DNA of 64,000 nucleotides from Gemmatimonadota bacterium (GCA_031382385.1 JANMYS010000085.1:2977-66976); one strand, 5' to 3'; counted from the first letter of the stretch, positions 1 to 9,609 are shown. The notes: a model not told the origin generated them from the letters alone. Numbers and translations are program-made.

Positions 1-758
1 GCCTCCAGCGTCCGCAGGTTGGGCGACGGCGGCACGAACGGCAGTCCGGTCTCGTCGAAGTACATCGAGCGCCGCCAGCCGCGCATCGGTACCACCGCGA
101 GATCCACGGAGAGATGCAGGTCGTGTCTGGCGAGCAGTGCGAGTTCGCCCAGCGTCATGCCGTGGCGCATGGGGATGGCGAGGAAGCCGACAGCGGTCTG
201 GCTGAAGAGGGTATCCAGCACATTGCCCTGGACCGCACCACCGATGGGGTTGGGCCGGTCCAGCACCACCACCGGAATCCCGCGCCGCGCCGCCGAGCGC
301 ATGACCTCGACGGTGGTCCAGAGGTAGGTGTAGTACCTGGCCCCGGCGTCCTGCAGGTCCACGAGCATTACGTCGAGGCCGGCCAGCATCGAGTCGGTCG
401 AGGCGGCCGTACGTCGATAGAGGCTGTAGATTGGAAGCCCGGTCGCGGAATCACGGCTGGAGCCGACCAGCGCACCGGGCGCCGCGGTTCCGGAGTACCC
501 GTGCTCCGGATTGAACAGGGCGACGAGCTGGATGCCCGCCGACCGCAGCCGTTGGGCATCCGGGACGCCGGCGGCATCGACGCCGGCCTGATGGCTCACC
601 AGTCCCACCCGGCGCCCGCGAAGCAGCTGCAGGCTGTCGGAGAGCAGGACGTCGATGCCCGGCTGGACCGCCGGCGCTGGCGCCAGGATTAATCGAGGCG
701 CCAGACGGACGCCAAGCACGATCACCACTACGCCGAGCACCCATTGCGCTGTCCGCAT
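1..758 (-). CDS. DUF1343 family protein (NamZ-like exo-beta-N-acetylmuramidase); 3' end cut by the window edge
   Basis: I translated the minus strand myself. The frame is open from ATG (complement of 756-758) to base 1: MRTAQWVLGVVVIVLG..GIDVLLSDSLQLLRGRRVGLVSHQAG..LFNPEHGY..GLPIYSLY..MLVDLQDAGARYYTYLWT..VVLDRPNPIGG. It is missing from the ORF track because no stop lies inside the window. The motifs match DUF1343 as I remember it. Confidence 0.7.
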   Translation of the reverse strand, partial: MRTAQWVLGVVVIVLGVRLAPRLILAPAPAVQPGIDVLLSDSLQLLRGRRVGLVSHQAGVDAAGVPDAQRLRSAGIQLVALFNPEHGYSGTAAPGALVGSSRDSATGLPIYSLYRRTAASTDSMLAGLDVMLVDLQDAGARYYTYLWTTVEVMRSAARRGIPVVVLDRPNPIGGAVQGNVLDTLFSQTAVGFLAIPMRHGMTLGELALLARHDLHLSVDLAVVPMRGWRRSMYFDETGLPFVPPSPNLRTLE

Positions 759-2525
759 ACCGCTCCAATTCTTGGCCTGCTCACTGCGCTCGCCCTGGGC
801 GCGGCGCCCGTCGCCGCCCAGCAGCCGCCAGCTCCGCATATCCGCACCAGTGGCGCCGCGGTTTCGGCCGATTCTCTGGCGCTCGAACGACTGATCGACA
901 CCCTGCCGCTGCGTGATCGCGTGGCCCAGCTGGTCATGCCGTGGATTCCCGGCGCCTATACCGCCTTCGACGACAGCGCCTTCACCGTGCTCCAGGGCTG
1001 GGTCGACTCGCTGCACGTCGGCGGCATCATCGTCTCGGTCGGCTCCCCGCTCGACGTGGCCCTCAAACTGAATCGGCTGCAGCAGCGCTCACGCCTGCCG
1101 CTGCTGATCGCCGCCGACCTCGAAGCCGGTTCCAGCTTCCGGCTCACCGGCGGCACCCCCTTCCCCACCAATATGGGCATCGCCGCCGCCGGTGGGGAGC
1201 ACGACGCCTATGACGTCGGCCGGATCACGGCACTCGAAGGGCGGGCCGTCGGCATCCACCTGACGTTTTCGCCGGTGGCCGACATCAATAACAACCCCGC
1301 CAACCCGATCATCAACACCCGGTCCTTCGGCGAGGAGCCCAACGCAGTCGCCCGCCTGGTCTTTGCTTCCGTCCGCGGCTTGCAGGACAACGGAATGCTG
1401 GCGACCGCCAAGCATTTCCCCGGGCACGGTGACACTAGCGCCGACTCCCACCTGCTGCTGCCGGTGATCTCGGCGCCCTGGTCCCGCCTCGACACCCTCG
1501 AGCTGGCACCGTTCCGCGCCGCGATCCAGGCGGGCGTCGCCGTGGTAATGTCGGGCCATGTGGCGATGCCCGCCCTGGCCAGCGACCGTCGCCTCCCGGC
1601 CACGCTTGACCCGGCGATCCTCACCGGCCTGCTGCGCGATTCGCTCGGGTTCACCGGCATGGTCGTCACCGACGCACTCGACATGGGAGCGCTGGTCAAC
1701 ACCTACGGCGCCGGCGAGGCGGTCGTGATGGCCTTCCTGGCCGGTGCCGACCTGCTGCTGCAACCCAGCGATCCGCGGGTCGCCATCAACGCCATGGTGA
1801 CGGCCATCGAGAGCGGCCGGATCCCCTATGAGCGGCTCGACCGCTCGCTGCGCCGGGTGCTGCAGGCCAAGCGTCAGGCCGGGCTGTTCACCCGCCGCAC
1901 CATGCCGCTCGACAGCGTGCCCGAGGTCGTCGGCAATCGCCGGTTCCTCGTCACCGCGCGGGACATCACCGAACGCTCGATTGTTCTCGCCGTCGACGCG
2001 AGCGGCACGGTGGACAGCCTGCGCGCCGCACCCCGCAAGGTCGCGCTCATCACCTACGGCGAGGAGAACGCCTTCACCCTGGGCAACACCTTTGCCCGCG
2101 TCCTCCGCCAGGGGGGCCACGAGGTCACCAGCTTCCGGCTCTTCCCCGCCACCGGGGCCGTCGGCCTCGATTCCGCCCGCGCCGTCATTCGGCGCAATCG
2201 GTACGTCATCATCGCGGCATCGGTCCGGATCAGTGCCTCGAAAGGCCCGGTCGGTCTGCCGAACCCGGTCGTGCGCTTCATCGAGGAGACCGCCGTTCGC
2301 CGGCGCACGGTGCTCGTCGCCTTCGGCTCACCGTACATCGGCATGCAGGTTCATCGACTGCGCTCCTACCTGCTCGCCTGGACCCCCAACCCGCTCTCCG
2401 AGGCGGCGGCCGGGCGGGCCCTGACCGGACTGGCGCCGATCACCGGCCACCTCCCCGTTCACATTCCGCCGGCCTTTCCGCTCGGCGCCGGTCTCGTCCG
2501 GGAACTCACTACCGGTCTCAATTGA
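744..2525 (+). CDS. Glycoside hydrolase family 3 beta-N-acetylhexosaminidase (secreted, NagZ-like, with extra C-terminal domain)
   Basis: 593-aa ORF. It has the GH3 signature KHFPGHGDTSADSH and an N-terminal signal-like segment LGLLTALALGAAPVAAQ. The start is TTG at 744. Confidence 0.85.
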   Translation: MRCPHTAPILGLLTALALGAAPVAAQQPPAPHIRTSGAAVSADSLALERLIDTLPLRDRVAQLVMPWIPGAYTAFDDSAFTVLQGWVDSLHVGGIIVSVGSPLDVALKLNRLQQRSRLPLLIAADLEAGSSFRLTGGTPFPTNMGIAAAGGEHDAYDVGRITALEGRAVGIHLTFSPVADINNNPANPIINTRSFGEEPNAVARLVFASVRGLQDNGMLATAKHFPGHGDTSADSHLLLPVISAPWSRLDTLELAPFRAAIQAGVAVVMSGHVAMPALASDRRLPATLDPAILTGLLRDSLGFTGMVVTDALDMGALVNTYGAGEAVVMAFLAGADLLLQPSDPRVAINAMVTAIESGRIPYERLDRSLRRVLQAKRQAGLFTRRTMPLDSVPEVVGNRRFLVTARDITERSIVLAVDASGTVDSLRAAPRKVALITYGEENAFTLGNTFARVLRQGGHEVTSFRLFPATGAVGLDSARAVIRRNRYVIIAASVRISASKGPVGLPNPVVRFIEETAVRRRTVLVAFGSPYIGMQVHRLRSYLLAWTPNPLSEAAAGRALTGLAPITGHLPVHIPPAFPLGAGLVRELTTGLN

Positions 2526-3811
2526 GGCAGGCGCTCGCTCGCGCCTGGCCACTCCTGATGCTGCTGAGCACCAGCTGCTCTGCTCCGCGTGCGACCCCGA
2601 GGGCAACCCCGCAAGTGCACCCGGGCTGGAACGGCGTGGCCCACCTGCTCGATTCACTCGTCGCCGACGGCGTGGCCCCCGGCGCCGTCGTTGGCGTGAG
2701 CTACCAGGGCCACCACTGGTTCCATGGTACCGGTCGTCTGGGCGACGAAGACCCCACCGTGCCCGACAGTTCCACGGTATACGATCTCGCCTCCCTGACC
2801 AAGGTGATCGGGCTCACCAGCGCGGTGATGATCGGGGTCAACGAGCGCCGCTTCAGGCTCGACGATTCCGTCCTCCACTACCTCAATGCTTTCGCCACCG
2901 GATCACGCGCGACGCCGGATCGTCGAGCCGTCACGCTGCGCCACCTGCTTACCCACTCGAGCGGGCTGCCCGCCTGGCGCGCACTCTACCGGGAGAGCAC
3001 CACCCGCAGCGAGGCGTTTGCTCTCGCCGACTCCACCCCACTCGACACCCTGCCCGGCACACGTCTCGTCTACTCCGATCTCGGCGCCATCCTGCTGACC
3101 CAGATTGTTGAGCAGCGCTTCGGCGAGCGGCTCGACTCCCTGCTCCAACGGCGTCTGTTCACGCCACTCCGCATGACCGACACCCGCTACCTGCCACCGG
3201 CCGCGTGGCTGCCGCGGATCGCACCGACCGAAGCCGATCCGTGGCGCGGCCATGTCTTGCGGGGAGAAGTGCACGACGAAAACGCCGCCCGGCTCGACGG
3301 CGTGTCGGGACATGCTGGGCTGTTCAGCAGCGCGCGGGACCTGCTCTGGTTCGCCGACTGGATGCTCGCAGCACAACAGCGGGATTCGGGAACCGGGAAT
3401 GGGGAACGGGGAAAGGGGAACGGGGAACGGGCACTACGGTCAAGCGAAGCGGTCCGTGATTGTCCGGCGACCATCCCTGGTGGCACTTCCCGTTCCCCGT
3501 TCCCCGTTCCCGGATTGCCGGTCCTTGAGTTCACAACGAGGCAAGACCTTCCCCCGGGCTCCAGCCGCGCCCTCGGCTGGGACACCCCATCGGGCGAGAG
3601 CAGTGCTGGCAACCGCATGTCACTCAGCAGTTTCGGGCACACCGGTTTCACCGGGACCTCGATCTGGATCGACCCGTCGCGGTGTCTCGCGATCGTGCTC
3701 CTCAGCAATCGGGTTCACCCCACCCGGGCCAACGCTCGTTGGACTCCGGTGCGCGCATTGATCGCCAATGCCGTGGTGGAGGCACTGCCCGATTCGACGA
3801 TCCGACACTGA
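2522..3811 (+). CDS. Serine hydrolase, beta-lactamase/transpeptidase-like (class C / EstB-type family)
   Basis: 429-aa ORF with the S-x-x-K nucleophile motif (ASLTKV) and the late motif GHTGFTGTS. Its start overlaps the upstream stop by 4 bp. It carries an in-frame repeat-derived insert (next feature). Confidence 0.8.
   Translation: MRQALARAWPLLMLLSTSCSAPRATPRATPQVHPGWNGVAHLLDSLVADGVAPGAVVGVSYQGHHWFHGTGRLGDEDPTVPDSSTVYDLASLTKVIGLTSAVMIGVNERRFRLDDSVLHYLNAFATGSRATPDRRAVTLRHLLTHSSGLPAWRALYRESTTRSEAFALADSTPLDTLPGTRLVYSDLGAILLTQIVEQRFGERLDSLLQRRLFTPLRMTDTRYLPPAAWLPRIAPTEADPWRGHVLRGEVHDENAARLDGVSGHAGLFSSARDLLWFADWMLAAQQRDSGTGNGERGKGNGERALRSSEAVRDCPATIPGGTSRSPFPVPGLPVLEFTTRQDLPPGSSRALGWDTPSGESSAGNRMSLSSFGHTGFTGTSIWIDPSRCLAIVLLSNRVHPTRANARWTPVRALIANAVVEALPDSTIRH
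3387..3513. repeat. GGGGAAC-type heptamer array (3387-3431) plus inverted copy (3489-3513), lying inside the serine hydrolase CDS
   Basis: The left arm reads cgggaaccgggaatggggaacggggaaaggggaacggggaacggg. The right arm reads cccgttccccgttccccgttcccgg. They translate in frame as GNGERGKGNGER...RSPFPVPG. Confidence 0.85.
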
Positions 3812-3851
3812 CAGCATGGCAGGGGTCCGCAGGCGGTTCGGCAGGCTGCAA

Positions 3852-3895
3852 TTGACAGCGCTGCCCCTCTCTTCCTAGCTTGATACAGCTATATT
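3852..3895 (+). promoter_or_regulatory. Candidate promoter region upstream of erpA
   Basis: TTGACA sits at 3852-3857. An unusually AT-rich patch follows (tagcttgatacagctatatt) with TATATT at 3890-3895. The spacing to a single -35/-10 pair is not ideal. Confidence 0.3.
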
Positions 3896-3952
3896 TCTGG
3901 CTGAAGCGCGGTCCCGTGTGGGCGTCGCGTCAATCCGAAGGGAGCAGCACCA

Positions 3953-4321
3953 ATGGAAAGCACCGAACAGCAGGTCACCACCCCAGGTTTTGCGCTGATT
4001 CTCACCGAGCGCGCGGTGGAGGAAGTTCGCAAGTTCATCGCGGCGGAAGCAGTTCCGGTGGAGACGGCAGGCCTGCGTGTCAGCGTGATGCCCGGTGGCT
4101 GCTCCGGCTTCAAGTACAGCCTCAACATCGAAGAGCACTCTCTCGAGGACGACGTCGTGATGGAGATCAACAGCGTCCGCGTCTTCGTCGATGGGTTCAG
4201 CATGCAGTACCTGAACGGCGTGACGGTCGACTACACCACGTCCATGCAGGGCTCGGGGTTCACCTTCACCAACCCCAACGCCACCGGCGGCTGCGGCTGC
4301 GGAACGTCGTTCACCGCGTAG
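3953..4321 (+). CDS. erpA: A-type iron-sulfur cluster carrier (HesB/IscA/ErpA family)
   Basis: 122 aa with GGCSGFKY and a C-terminal GGCGCGTSF, giving the three conserved Cys residues of A-type carriers. Confidence 0.85.
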   Translation: MESTEQQVTTPGFALILTERAVEEVRKFIAAEAVPVETAGLRVSVMPGGCSGFKYSLNIEEHSLEDDVVMEINSVRVFVDGFSMQYLNGVTVDYTTSMQGSGFTFTNPNATGGCGCGTSFTA

Positions 4322-4360
4322 TCCGGGCGTCGGTGCCACTCGGCACGAATTCACCGTAGA

Positions 4361-4394
4361 AGGGGTCGACCGCTGGTCGACCCCTGTGTTTTTT
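4361..4394 (+). terminator. Rho-independent terminator after erpA
   Basis: An 11-bp perfect stem (aggggtcgacc / ggtcgacccct) closes a 3-nt loop and is followed by gtgtttttt. Confidence 0.75.
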
Positions 4395-4534
4395 GGGGTT
4401 GTGGCCGAGGGTCGTTCGATTCTTGTTTCCCCGTCCTGGTCGCCCCGGCGGGCCCGCAACCCACCGACTGCTCAACCATTTCGCCGGACACGCGTCTGTC
4501 CCCACTCGACCTCGCCGTCATCGCCGTCTACTTC

Positions 4535-5977
4535 GTGCTGACGCTCGGCCTCGGCCTTTGGGTCTCCCGCCGGCAGCAGACGGCGGGTGACTACTTCCTC
4601 GGCGCCAGAGACCTCCCCGCCTGGGCGATCCTCCTCTCGATCGTCGCCACCGAGACCTCCGCGCTCACGGTCATCTCGGTGCCCGCAGTCGCGGCGCGCG
4701 GCGACCTCACCTTCCTCCAACTGCCGCTCGGGTACCTCATCGGGCGTATCGCCGTCTCCATCTGGCTGCTGCCCGGCTACTTCCGCGGCGACCAGGAGAC
4801 CGCCTACGTCCGGCTGGAGCGGCGGTTCGGGCCCACCACCCGGCGCGCCGCGTCACTGCTCTTCATGGTGACTCGCGCGCTCGGCGACGGGGTCCGGGTG
4901 TACGCCAGCGCCATTCCGCTGACGGTGCTCACCGGCTGGAGCATCCCGGCCTCGATTCTCGTGATGAGCGCCATCACCCTGGCGTACACCTGGCACGGCG
5001 GGCTCAAGGCGGTGGTGTGGGTCGATGTGGTGCAGCTCGTGGTCTATCTCGCCGGCGGCATCGCCGCACTCCTGATCGCCATGAAGCTCGCCGGTGGCGC
5101 ACCGCAGGTCTTCGCCGCCGCCGCTGCCGCGAACAAGCTGCGGGTCATCGTGCCGGGCATCGATTTCACCGCGACCTACACCCTGCTCGGTGGCCTCATC
5201 GGCGGCGGCATGCTCACGGCGGCATCGCACGGCACCGATCAGCTCATCGTGCAGCGGCTGCTGGCGAGCGGCAGCCTGCGGGATGCACGGCGCGCGCTGG
5301 TGGGTTCCGGAATCGTCGTGCTGCTGCAGTTCACGCTGTTCCTGCTCATCGGAACCGCGATCTGGGCGGCGGGGATGGCGCCCGAGGCGCTGCCGGCCGA
5401 CCAGATCTTCTCCCGCTTCGTGATCGAACAGCTGCCGGCCGGGCTGGCGGGCCTGGTGGTGGCCGCGATCCTCGCCGCGGCGATGAGCACCCAGAGCTCT
5501 GCCATCAACGCCCTCGCCTCCTCGGTCACCCACGATCTCTATGCCACCTGGACCGGCCGCACCGACCCGATCCACCTGCTGCGGATCGGCCGCCTCTGGA
5601 CCGTCGCGTGGGGCGTGCTCATCACGGTCGCCGCCCTGATCTTTCATCGCATCGCCGGTGGCGGCCAGACACCGGTGGTGGTGTTCGCGCTCTCGATCGC
5701 GTCGATCACCTACGGCGGGATGCTGGGCGCCTACCTGCTTGCCGCCGGGCCGTCGTGGATCCAGGGGCGCCATGTCCTCGTGGCCGTCGCCGTCACCCTC
5801 GTGCTGATGCTCGTGGTGTTCTTCGCGAAGGGACTCGCGCTCCGGCCTGGCCTCGCCTGGCTCGCGCCGGCCGGTCGCCTCGCCTGGCCGTGGTATGTTC
5901 CACTCGGCACGAGCATCACCCTGGTCACCGGTCTCGGCTTCGCCGCCGCTACGCGGAAGGAGGCGCACCCCGCATGA
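4535..5977 (+). CDS. Sodium:solute symporter family transporter
   Basis: 480-aa polytopic ORF with a typical SSS N-terminus (GDYFLGARDLPAW..SIVATETSALT). The frame stays open upstream (..LDLAVIAVYFV), so the true start is probably a non-ATG/GTG codon near 4478-4496. Confidence 0.8.
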   Translation: MLTLGLGLWVSRRQQTAGDYFLGARDLPAWAILLSIVATETSALTVISVPAVAARGDLTFLQLPLGYLIGRIAVSIWLLPGYFRGDQETAYVRLERRFGPTTRRAASLLFMVTRALGDGVRVYASAIPLTVLTGWSIPASILVMSAITLAYTWHGGLKAVVWVDVVQLVVYLAGGIAALLIAMKLAGGAPQVFAAAAAANKLRVIVPGIDFTATYTLLGGLIGGGMLTAASHGTDQLIVQRLLASGSLRDARRALVGSGIVVLLQFTLFLLIGTAIWAAGMAPEALPADQIFSRFVIEQLPAGLAGLVVAAILAAAMSTQSSAINALASSVTHDLYATWTGRTDPIHLLRIGRLWTVAWGVLITVAALIFHRIAGGGQTPVVVFALSIASITYGGMLGAYLLAAGPSWIQGRHVLVAVAVTLVLMLVVFFAKGLALRPGLAWLAPAGRLAWPWYVPLGTSITLVTGLGFAAATRKEAHPA

Positions 5978-6882
5978 GCGAACTGATCGTCGGCGTCGAT
6001 GCCGGCGGGAGCAAGACCGTGGTCATGGTGTCGCGGGATGGCGTGGAGGCGGGACGCGCCACGGGCAGCGGCGCCAAGATGCGCTCGGGCAAGGGCATCG
6101 GCTGTGCGACGACGATCGCGGAAGTGGCCCGGCGGGCCCTCGCCGCGGCGGGGGCACTGCGGGCGAATGTGCTGGTCGCCGGCGTGGCGGGTGCGGGGCG
6201 CGAGCTCGAGCGGGATGAGCTGCGCCAGGCGCTGCGGGGTGAAGGGCTGGCCGAACGGATCATCGTTACCGGCGACACGGAGATCGCGCTGGCCGCCGCC
6301 TTCGAGGAACGCCCCGGCATCGTGGTGACGGCAGGCACCGGCAGCATCGCGGTCGGGCGCGATGGATTCGGCCGGTTGCACCGTGCCGGCGGCTATGGCT
6401 GGCAGATGGGCGATGAGGGCAGCGGCTATGCGATCGGCCGCTCGGCGCTCGGTGCGGTGGGTCGCGCGGCGGATGGCCGCAGCCCACGGACCGAACTGAC
6501 CGCCCTGTTGCTGACGGCGACTCGCAGCGAGAACCTGGATTCCCTGGTGCGATGGGCCGCCGCCGCCACCGTGCCGGAAGTCGCTGCCCTGGCGCCGAGC
6601 GTGTTCAGCGCCGCTCTCGCAGGAGACACCATCGCCGCCGGCATCATGGACTATGCGGCACGGGAACTCTCCGGCCTGGTGCTCAAGCTGCTGCCGCATT
6701 TCGGCGTGGATGAACGCTCGCCGGTCGATGTGGCCACCAACGGCGGGCTGCTGTTCCATGACAGCCCGATCCATCGAATGCTCCGCACCAAGCTCGCCGA
6801 GGAACCCCGTATCCGCCTGCGGGAAACTCCGCTGGACGCAGCCTCGGGCGCCGTCCACCTCGCCTCGCGCCCGGTAAAATGA
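5974..6882 (+). CDS. BadF/BadG/BcrA/BcrD-type ATPase, probable N-acetylglucosamine kinase
   Basis: The internal ATG at 5974 overlaps the symporter stop (ATGA). The N-terminus is MSELIVGVDAGGSKT, and GYGWQMGDEGSGYAIG is present. The upstream 319 codons of the 621-aa track ORF are an out-of-frame overlap with the symporter. Confidence 0.75.
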   Translation: MSELIVGVDAGGSKTVVMVSRDGVEAGRATGSGAKMRSGKGIGCATTIAEVARRALAAAGALRANVLVAGVAGAGRELERDELRQALRGEGLAERIIVTGDTEIALAAAFEERPGIVVTAGTGSIAVGRDGFGRLHRAGGYGWQMGDEGSGYAIGRSALGAVGRAADGRSPRTELTALLLTATRSENLDSLVRWAAAATVPEVAALAPSVFSAALAGDTIAAGIMDYAARELSGLVLKLLPHFGVDERSPVDVATNGGLLFHDSPIHRMLRTKLAEEPRIRLRETPLDAASGAVHLASRPVK

Positions 6883-7042
6883 CGCCGGGGCACCCTCCAT
6901 CGGGCGCCCCGGCCGGTCGTCAGGAGCTTCAGTCTCACGCCGCACGGCAGGGCGATCTTCGTCATCGCCCCGACGCCCTTCCCACCCCGCCCGCTGAATT
7001 CCGCCGTTCTTCCGTCCCGCAGTGTTCCGCTTCAACCTCGGC

Positions 7043-8677
7043 TCAGCCGCACCCCGCGAACTGGTTGAACACCAGGTAATGCAGCACCAGCCCCACTCCG
7101 ATGACACCCAGCAGTTCCAGCCATGGCAGCTTGAATGCCCGGGGACCGGCAGGGTTCCGCAGCCGGCTGTGGAAGGCGCCATACAGGAAATAGAGTGCCA
7201 ACCCCGCCAGCAGCCACCAGCCAAAGCGCCGCCAGGTGATGCAAGGCAGCTGAACCATCAGGTAAACGCACGCCGCGACCGAAATCAGCGGCGTGATGGG
7301 CACCCACGGTACCCGGAAGGGCCGGACCCGCTCGGGTTCCTTGTACCGCAGAACGATCACCCCGATCGACACCAGCACGAAGGCGAACAGGGTGCCGATG
7401 TTGGTGAGGTCTACGACCTCGGCGATGTTGGCGGTGGCCGCGAACGTGCCGACGAACAGGCCGGTGAGAATGGTCCCGATATATGGCGTCTTGAACTTCG
7501 GGTGCAGCTTCGAGAAGAACTTGGGCAGCAGCCCGTCGCGCGACATCGACATGAAGATGCGTGGCTGCCCGAGCTGGAACACCAGCAGGACGCTGAACAT
7601 CGCGATCACGGCACCGAGCGCGATGATGAAGCGCGAGGTGTGGAGCAGCCACGGCGGGCCCGCCGAGTATTCCAGCGCGGTCAGCATCGGCTCGGCGGTG
7701 CCGAGCACCTTCCAGGGGGCAATGCCGGTCATCACCGCCGACAGGGCGATGTAGAGCACCGTGCAGATCACCAGGCTCATGATGATGCCGAACGGCATGT
7801 CCTTCTTGGGATCCTTGGCTTCCTCCGCCGCCGTCGAAACCGCGTCGAAACCGATGTAACTGAAGAAGATGATCGCCGCACCAGCGCTGACGCCCTTCAG
7901 GCCGTTGGGCATGAAGCCGCCGGTCTCCGGGTTGGTCCAGTTGCCGGGCTTGATCAGGAACGCACCGATGGCGATGAAGAACAGGATCAGGCCGACCTTG
8001 AGCAGTACCATCAGGTTGTTGGTGTCGGCCGACTCCTTGATGCCCTTGACCAGCACCACAGTCACCAGCGCCACCGCGAGAAACGCCGGCAGGTTGAAGA
8101 TCAGCGGGACGCCAAACAGATGCGGTGCGGTGACCAGGGCCGAGGCGAGATACTGGTTGCCGGCGTCGGCCGCGCCGCCAGCGATGGCTACCGCCGCGTT
8201 AGTGGCGGAACGGAAGTCGGTGGCCAGCCACGACGGAAGATGCAGCCCGAAATACTTGATCAATTCCCGGAAATGGCCCGACCACCCGATCGCGACACCG
8301 ATATTGCCGACGGCATACTCCACGATCAGGTCCCACCCGATGATCCAGGCGATGAACTCGCCCAGCGAGGAGTAGGCGTAGGTATACGCCGATCCCGAAA
8401 TCGGCACCATGGCGGCGAACTCGGCGTAACACAGCGCCGCGAAGCCGCAGGCGACGGCGGTGAGGATGAACGAGAGGATGATCCCCGGTCCGGCGCCGGG
8501 CCGGAAGGCGTCACCCACGATGGCCGTCCCGGTGGTGGCGAAGATCCCGGCGCCGATGGTGGCGCCGACGCCCAGAGCCGTCAGGTGCCATTTGGTGAGG
8601 GACCGCTTGAGGCCGCCGCGCTCGGCGATGTCGGATTCGCAGTCGGCAACCGACTTACGGACGAAAAGACCGCTCAT
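7043..8677 (-). CDS. APC-superfamily amino acid permease (cationic amino acid transporter-like)
   Basis: 544-aa polytopic ORF with N-terminus ..LKRSLTKWHLTALGVGATIGAGIF. Confidence 0.85.
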   Translation of the reverse strand: MSGLFVRKSVADCESDIAERGGLKRSLTKWHLTALGVGATIGAGIFATTGTAIVGDAFRPGAGPGIILSFILTAVACGFAALCYAEFAAMVPISGSAYTYAYSSLGEFIAWIIGWDLIVEYAVGNIGVAIGWSGHFRELIKYFGLHLPSWLATDFRSATNAAVAIAGGAADAGNQYLASALVTAPHLFGVPLIFNLPAFLAVALVTVVLVKGIKESADTNNLMVLLKVGLILFFIAIGAFLIKPGNWTNPETGGFMPNGLKGVSAGAAIIFFSYIGFDAVSTAAEEAKDPKKDMPFGIIMSLVICTVLYIALSAVMTGIAPWKVLGTAEPMLTALEYSAGPPWLLHTSRFIIALGAVIAMFSVLLVFQLGQPRIFMSMSRDGLLPKFFSKLHPKFKTPYIGTILTGLFVGTFAATANIAEVVDLTNIGTLFAFVLVSIGVIVLRYKEPERVRPFRVPWVPITPLISVAACVYLMVQLPCITWRRFGWWLLAGLALYFLYGAFHSRLRNPAGPRAFKLPWLELLGVIGVGLVLHYLVFNQFAGCG

Positions 8678-8701
8678 GAGTGATGGGGTAGGAGGGAGAA
8701 A

Positions 8702-9481
8702 TCAGAAGGTCAGGGCGTATACGTACGTTCCGTCAATCGGGACGCCAGTCGGGGAGAGCGCCGGGCGGAAACGGTAACTCAGCATGGTTTCCCTCAGGCG
8801 ATCGGCGAACTTGCCGCTGATGTCCGGTTCAAACCGCACCGCGTCTACCCGCCCGTCGGCGCGCACCGCCATGACGATCCTGATTTCTCGTCCGCGCAGT
8901 TCCTTCGGGGGCTCGGCCACTGAGGGCCACATCTCGGCGCGGGGACGAGGGCCGCGCGCCAGTCCTCCCGCCCCTCCACCGGTGCCCGGGCCTGTCCCCG
9001 GCCCCGTCCCGGGACCATTGCCCCCACCCGCACCTCCACCTGTCCCGCCCCCTGTCCCAGGTCCAGCGCCCGCCAGGGAGTCGGCTGCACCGTTGACGGA
9101 CCCCGCAACTGCGGTCTCCGGCGCCACGGCGGGGGTCGGAGGAAACTCGATCGGTGGTGGTGTTGGTGTGGCAACGACCGGCGCCGGAACGACTGGCGCC
9201 TGTGGCGCGGAGGCTAGAGGGCTGGCGCTCGGCGCGGGGAGGGAAATATACGCCATGCGGTCCCCACCGCCACCGCCTCCACCGCCGTCGTGGGCCGTGA
9301 TCCTGCCCAGCTCCAGCAGTGCGGTGATCTCCCGGTGGATGGGGCGGACCAGCAGCGCGAACAGCGCCAGATGCAGCAGGATGGCGAGCACAAGGCCCGC
9401 CCGTTGGGGCGGGCGCGACCTGTCGCGGAGGACGAAGGCGTAGCGGGGCTGTGGCGTCGGGTCAGGCATCCAGTGCATCAC
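8702..9481 (-). CDS. TonB-like energy transducer with Gly/Pro-rich linker
   Basis: It has an N-terminal TM segment (AGLVLAILLHLALFALLV). The linker is low-complexity: a Pro/Ala-rich stretch, then GGGTGGGAGGGNGPGTGPGTGPGTGGG. The C-terminal segment is TonB_C-like (..VRFEPDISGKFADRLRETMLSYRFRPA..). Confidence 0.65.
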   Translation of the reverse strand: MMHWMPDPTPQPRYAFVLRDRSRPPQRAGLVLAILLHLALFALLVRPIHREITALLELGRITAHDGGGGGGGGDRMAYISLPAPSASPLASAPQAPVVPAPVVATPTPPPIEFPPTPAVAPETAVAGSVNGAADSLAGAGPGTGGGTGGGAGGGNGPGTGPGTGPGTGGGAGGLARGPRPRAEMWPSVAEPPKELRGREIRIVMAVRADGRVDAVRFEPDISGKFADRLRETMLSYRFRPALSPTGVPIDGTYVYALTF

Positions 9482-9609
9482 TCAGGAGACGTGTGGTCCC
9501 GTCGCATGCCGCACCGGGGATGCCGGGCGCACCGGAAAATAGCCCGGGGGGCCATCGCCATGATGGCCCCCCGGGGAATGGCATCTACTGCGACAGCAGA
9601 GCTGCCGGC

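Noticed and set aside
5017-5973. N-terminal 319 codons of the 621-aa ORF that ends as the sugar kinase.
   Set aside because: This stretch overlaps the symporter out of frame and its translation is Arg-rich nonsense. The kinase fold starts at MSELIVGVDAGGSKT, whose ATG forms an ATGA junction with the symporter stop.
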